Positions 49,101 to 50,601 of a DNA stretch of 50,601 nt are shown here, in pieces. How positions within the stretch are numbered: position 1 is the first letter of the stretch; the number at the start of each line of letters is the position of its first letter. The DNA is from a virus (lineage: Duplodnaviria > Caudoviricetes). The position numbers and the translations under genes were made by a program. Where the stretch lies: positions 1-50,601 of the IMG/VR virus record IMGVR_UViG_3300036770_004099; one strand, given 5' to 3'. The notes below the pieces were generated by a model. The model had not been told where the DNA came from. It did no database searches and worked only from the letters and a program-made list of their open reading frames with translations.

Positions 49101-49629
49101 GAGTTCCGCTGCCAACGCAACTTCCGGCAGCGGCTCAAATATTACTACTACGATAACGGCGTCCGGAACAGCCGCTAGTTATGCTGGTAACTTTTTGTTC
49201 TTTACACAGGCATCTTGGAATAACAGCGGCGCTTCCCAGGGCACACGAGTCGCTACGTCATTCACCCAATTTCCTGCTAACACAGCAGTTTCGGCGGTGA
49301 CGACAAGAAGACTAGGAGCTACTACCGTGATACGTGCTACGTTCACACAGACGCTGACTGCTTCGGTCAGTGCTGCAGGTACCGTGACATTCCAATTTGG
49401 CGATCCACAATTTGCTTTACCTGGAGAGCAGGTATTTTCTTTCTTGTGTCAGCCGGGAAGTTTAAACTCGTTAAATCTGTCCGAACTAAAAGAGTTAACA
49501 ACAACTGCTATTGGTGGTAGAGGTGCATTTCCGAATGGCCCGGATGTGTTGGCCATTAATGTGTACAAAACCACAGGATCGGCCACGCCCGGCGCAGTTA
49601 TTCTTCGTTGGGGCGAGGCGCAGGCTTAA
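43180..49629 (+). CDS. Giant virion structural/fibre protein (2149 aa)
   Basis: DADFEYGLQPTKW, HG...G..I.V repeats, G..LGG.SP.ND repeats, Asp-box propeller blades, RQSKKYIRYQSGKG. Confidence 0.8.
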   Translation: MAKKQLKNYIFEPGISKDDNLYPRAVALLSANKTFLQQQVVAYINYQIANNIGVYNGYTYASGKCTRDVGFFIDAILHDLRYGGNVKCRQVADYFWIDGEPQIRGDVAPEVTAQQYLRDTINNFIFTNTAVTPNYGNTTPQAFIIGQNAETGSSSRNTVLWNIFSDVITNGIPAMPAKVSGVSSIRLVGQYDQSSFLLITDTSTGQILYNFADSNNSISISYKMGRSSSDGNLLSDVDFRSWSQTSDAITTINLSTDTSALSSGTEIQIFVEEPQQTIRPWEFGTDAIERMRVAAPQAMLDADFEYGLQPTKWQALGLMRMYPSVYEIPGTDLSVSAVVTDASVNTGGFGSSFITVTTTGLHGFVVGQPITVKGLDAGVSGFARAEGSFLVYSIPSAVQFTYYASAKVGTTTGQSLFTSFVQIRQAGFFTGAAIGQPTFSVFNNGSSNSIATKFDTASGSFAIAFDGSAPTTGSPISGSPNIVPGTSVSGVVGTGTVVANVKETISDTNSTTVVLTDLTGVQQQMAIDAAGTAAFINSISGDQITISEPIGATYLGANSENLTVSGSNVTSIGSGATFNVSRSAGFYTVTDAGDSSSNGINYAVGDNLLIAGTDLGGASPANDIIISVTDIDSGGAIVTFNFSGTAITGGDSYNPVAQSSTTGIGINAALNVQREGGTGQYTISLAAGGSGYAPGDTITFDGTSLGGVSPDNDIVIQVDGVGFPDANVVDWTLIGTPIGATGDDSYTSLPGANIAAAGVGAEFDVTRENGSYSAVVALAGDGGSGYVVGNRIRILGTSLDGTTPANDCILRVTGESSGVIQTVIAEGTPYAGDPISIYPTLSISEATTDLIADGTVLNTGAIATIQVDFQSEHGLIPGTTILSQINSQPAPDFDSVAQTLSASGTWTGVAGLNGQYVAVLQGSTSSARSTDGQTWSSGGSMPFGSNWKSVAAGTIGDTNYWVAVATGTNNAAYSIDGGQNWTAATMPTSATWNSVTFGDGRFVAVAAGGTNAAYSIDGGATWAAATLSGSATWTSVTSGLVGTSVYFVAVASGGTLSNYSADGGATWVATGALPASTTWSAVAYGNNRFFAVATGNTNAAVSTNGTTWTAVALPSSANWSSIAYGDDVFVVVASGGTSALTTFTALTGSFTARTLISTSNWSSIAYTTYTGFGRFAVVGNTNAALTIDLTSANHQLGTGPHVVTEVPSRSTIRFPARTTGAINTSAASLTGVVYARPDTFFTHRPFDGGVQLGTGNPSHGAQAIRQSKKYIRYQSGKGIMYTTGGLFAPSYNLASATAVDTVINSFITFQTDDTDHGLQPGAVVEIIGMVSFEYNGEYVVESIVDARRFRVRAQATLSSTNGQLGTETKVLLKRWHGSTVRIGAFDEQNGIFYQYDGQEMAVVRRSSTNQLTGTVAMNTESNIVTGTGTRFAEQLKAGDKIVIRGMSHLVTRIFSNTSMTVTPDWRGANNITGARICITEELYIPQRDWNTDRLDGTGPSGYDLVPWRMQMLGIQYSWYAAGFIEFMLRGADGRFVFLHRIRNSNVNTEAYMRTANLPVRYEVENRSGVDKLAAGITDSSTTLRLTDASRFPTSGTVYIDNELITYSGKSGNTLQGLTRSASFLAFTAGQNRTFTAGAAAAHAEGAGVQLISCTTSPTISHWGSALLTDGLFDEDRGYIFNYAATGISITTAKQTAFMIRLAPSVSNAIVGDLGERDLLNRAQLLLNEVAVTGDTGTGSIVVEGILNPRNYPANPTSITWAGLASSAAGGQPSFAQIALGGSINWGGVPSTTTTATIQGALTTTISARGFSSVTQNLTAIANTGFRTRAFQNTQNDFYITNSAFDAITSTPLRVGDRIFASSIVFSGQTISSITRNYLNSGFTRIVMSANANQNSSNFSNITVTITSSITTGYANAFANGRTDFLVTDSDLTSSNISTGDVLNVASFVISGQTVQSITPTYARVSGTNFARIVMSSAANATSGSGSNITTTITASGTAASYAGNFLFFTQASWNNSGASQGTRVATSFTQFPANTAVSAVTTRRLGATTVIRATFTQTLTASVSAAGTVTFQFGDPQFALPGEQVFSFLCQPGSLNSLNLSELKELTTTAIGGRGAFPNGPDVLAINVYKTTGSATPGAVILRWGEAQA

Positions 49630-49906
49630 CGGAAAAATTGCTACGTTCGATCTGATCTAATTTCGTATCTAGCGTTTTTTTAATAGATACGATATTGGAT
49701 CGGATATCTGAGATGTCGTCACCCATCCGTCCAGTTAAGATGATCTGATCATGGCTACGATCTATGTAATTTACCTGTTCGATTAATTGTCTTAACAATT
49801 TTTCTAGAGCAGATTTATTACCTTGATCGCGGACAGCATCAATTCTCGTTTGATATTTTTTACAATCTTCTAGGAATCGTGGATTAGTTGCTAATTTTGG
49901 AATCAT
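49598..49906 (-). CDS. Hypothetical coiled-coil protein (~102 aa)
   Basis: ATG at 49906 overlaps the end of the upstream minus-strand gene; convergent 32-nt overlap with 43180-49629. Confidence 0.65.
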   Translation of the reverse strand: MIPKLATNPRFLEDCKKYQTRIDAVRDQGNKSALEKLLRQLIEQVNYIDRSHDQIILTGRMGDDISDIRSNIVSIKKTLDTKLDQIERSNFSVKPAPRPNEE

Positions 49907-50276
49907 TTTCAAGCACCATTATAGTTTCAATTTTCGCTCTGATTAACGAATTATTTAATGTCGTTTTCAAACCAACATGTAGATTTTTCGGCAAATAATC
50001 GATATTTGCCCAACAAACAGTTTCATTTTCCGAACCAACGAATTCCTGTTCTACCAAACATATGTATGTGCTGTATTCAAATCCTCTATCCTCGGAAAGA
50101 TATAATTCGATGGGAATTATTTTTCCAGTAGAATAGTTATCAAGCAATGATTGTGAGTCTTCTAGCACTGTTGATTTACGTGCAAAAGTGGGCACGGTCC
50201 ACTTTTCATCTTGAAGTATTAAAAATATCCTATTGGATTTTTTAGAAAGAAATAATAGGCCGGCACGTTGTTGCAT
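49884..50276 (-). CDS. Degenerate NUDIX-fold protein lacking the Nudix box (130 aa)
   Basis: AGLLFLS....RIFLI, KIIPIELY.S.D..FEY.TY.C.V..EF and W.....LPK.LH.GL match phage NUDIX flanks; GX5EX7REUXEEXGU is absent. Start placed at ATG 50276 after AATAAGTA. Confidence 0.55.
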   Translation of the reverse strand: MQQRAGLLFLSKKSNRIFLILQDEKWTVPTFARKSTVLEDSQSLLDNYSTGKIIPIELYLSEDRGFEYSTYICLVEQEFVGSENETVCWANIDYLPKNLHVGLKTTLNNSLIRAKIETIMVLENDSKISN

Positions 50277-50284
50277 ACCTATAC

Positions 50285-50601
50285 TTATTGCGGATCTAGA
50301 TCTAATCTCCAATAACCGGCTGCGTATTCTCCTTCGAACGATTTAAGCCACTGTTCTCCATCCCATCGATATTGTATGCCGGTGCGTAGATTTTGGAAAT
50401 ACGTAGGAACAAAATCATTTCCCGAAACGCTGGCGTCTTCTAATAGATGATCGTTCGGATCCCAAACAGTGACCCAATGTGTTCCAGCCCATTCTATTAT
50501 AGAATTGGCTTTGATTATCGGATCGTCGCCATTTGAATTTTTCCATCCGTCTGGACCGTCATATACCTGTCCCTGAGAAGAATCGGATGGATGGCTCGAA
50601 C
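50285..50601 (-). CDS. 3' end (partial) of a virion protein, possibly the C-terminal extension of a tail completion (gp15-like) protein
   Basis: Open frame SSHPSDSSQGQVYDGPDGWKN...ANSIIEW.GTHW...NLRTGIQYRWDGEQWLKSFEGEYAAGYWRLDLDPQ*; TAA at 50285-87. Confidence 0.6.
   Translation of the reverse strand, partial: SSHPSDSSQGQVYDGPDGWKNSNGDDPIIKANSIIEWAGTHWVTVWDPNDHLLEDASVSGNDFVPTYFQNLRTGIQYRWDGEQWLKSFEGEYAAGYWRLDLDPQ

Overview
The whole window is the late (virion morphogenesis) region of a large T4-like myovirus (uncultured jumbo-phage type), read in the standard genetic code. From left to right it holds: the 3' end of a GIY-YIG-like nuclease gene; a ~380-nt densely base-paired non-coding segment with a DNA hairpin cluster; probable internal head proteins; a minus-strand gp26-like baseplate hub chaperone with a likely -1 frameshift extension; a tape-measure-like protein with a C-terminal muramidase-like domain; the head module (portal gp20, protease gp21, scaffold gp22, major capsid gp23); and ~34 kb of fibre/appendage genes, including three giant proteins of 1818, 2808 and 2149 aa. 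Within the fibre region sits a cassette of three Cys-rich paralogs, a chaperone-like gene, a GT9-like glycosyltransferase and a NodU/CmcH carbamoyltransferase. T4 gp55-type late promoters (TAAATA core) precede many genes. The best candidates for undescribed biology are: (i) a virion-modification system built from the Cys-rich tips, the glycosyltransferase, the carbamoyltransferase and D-S-S/T loop inserts; (ii) phycobiliprotein-like C-x-R-D helical modules inside the giant virion proteins; (iii) a large pseudoknotted ncRNA next to the nuclease; (iv) a G/GT-like frameshift in the gp26-like gene. All family assignments come from motif recognition by eye; no database searches were run.
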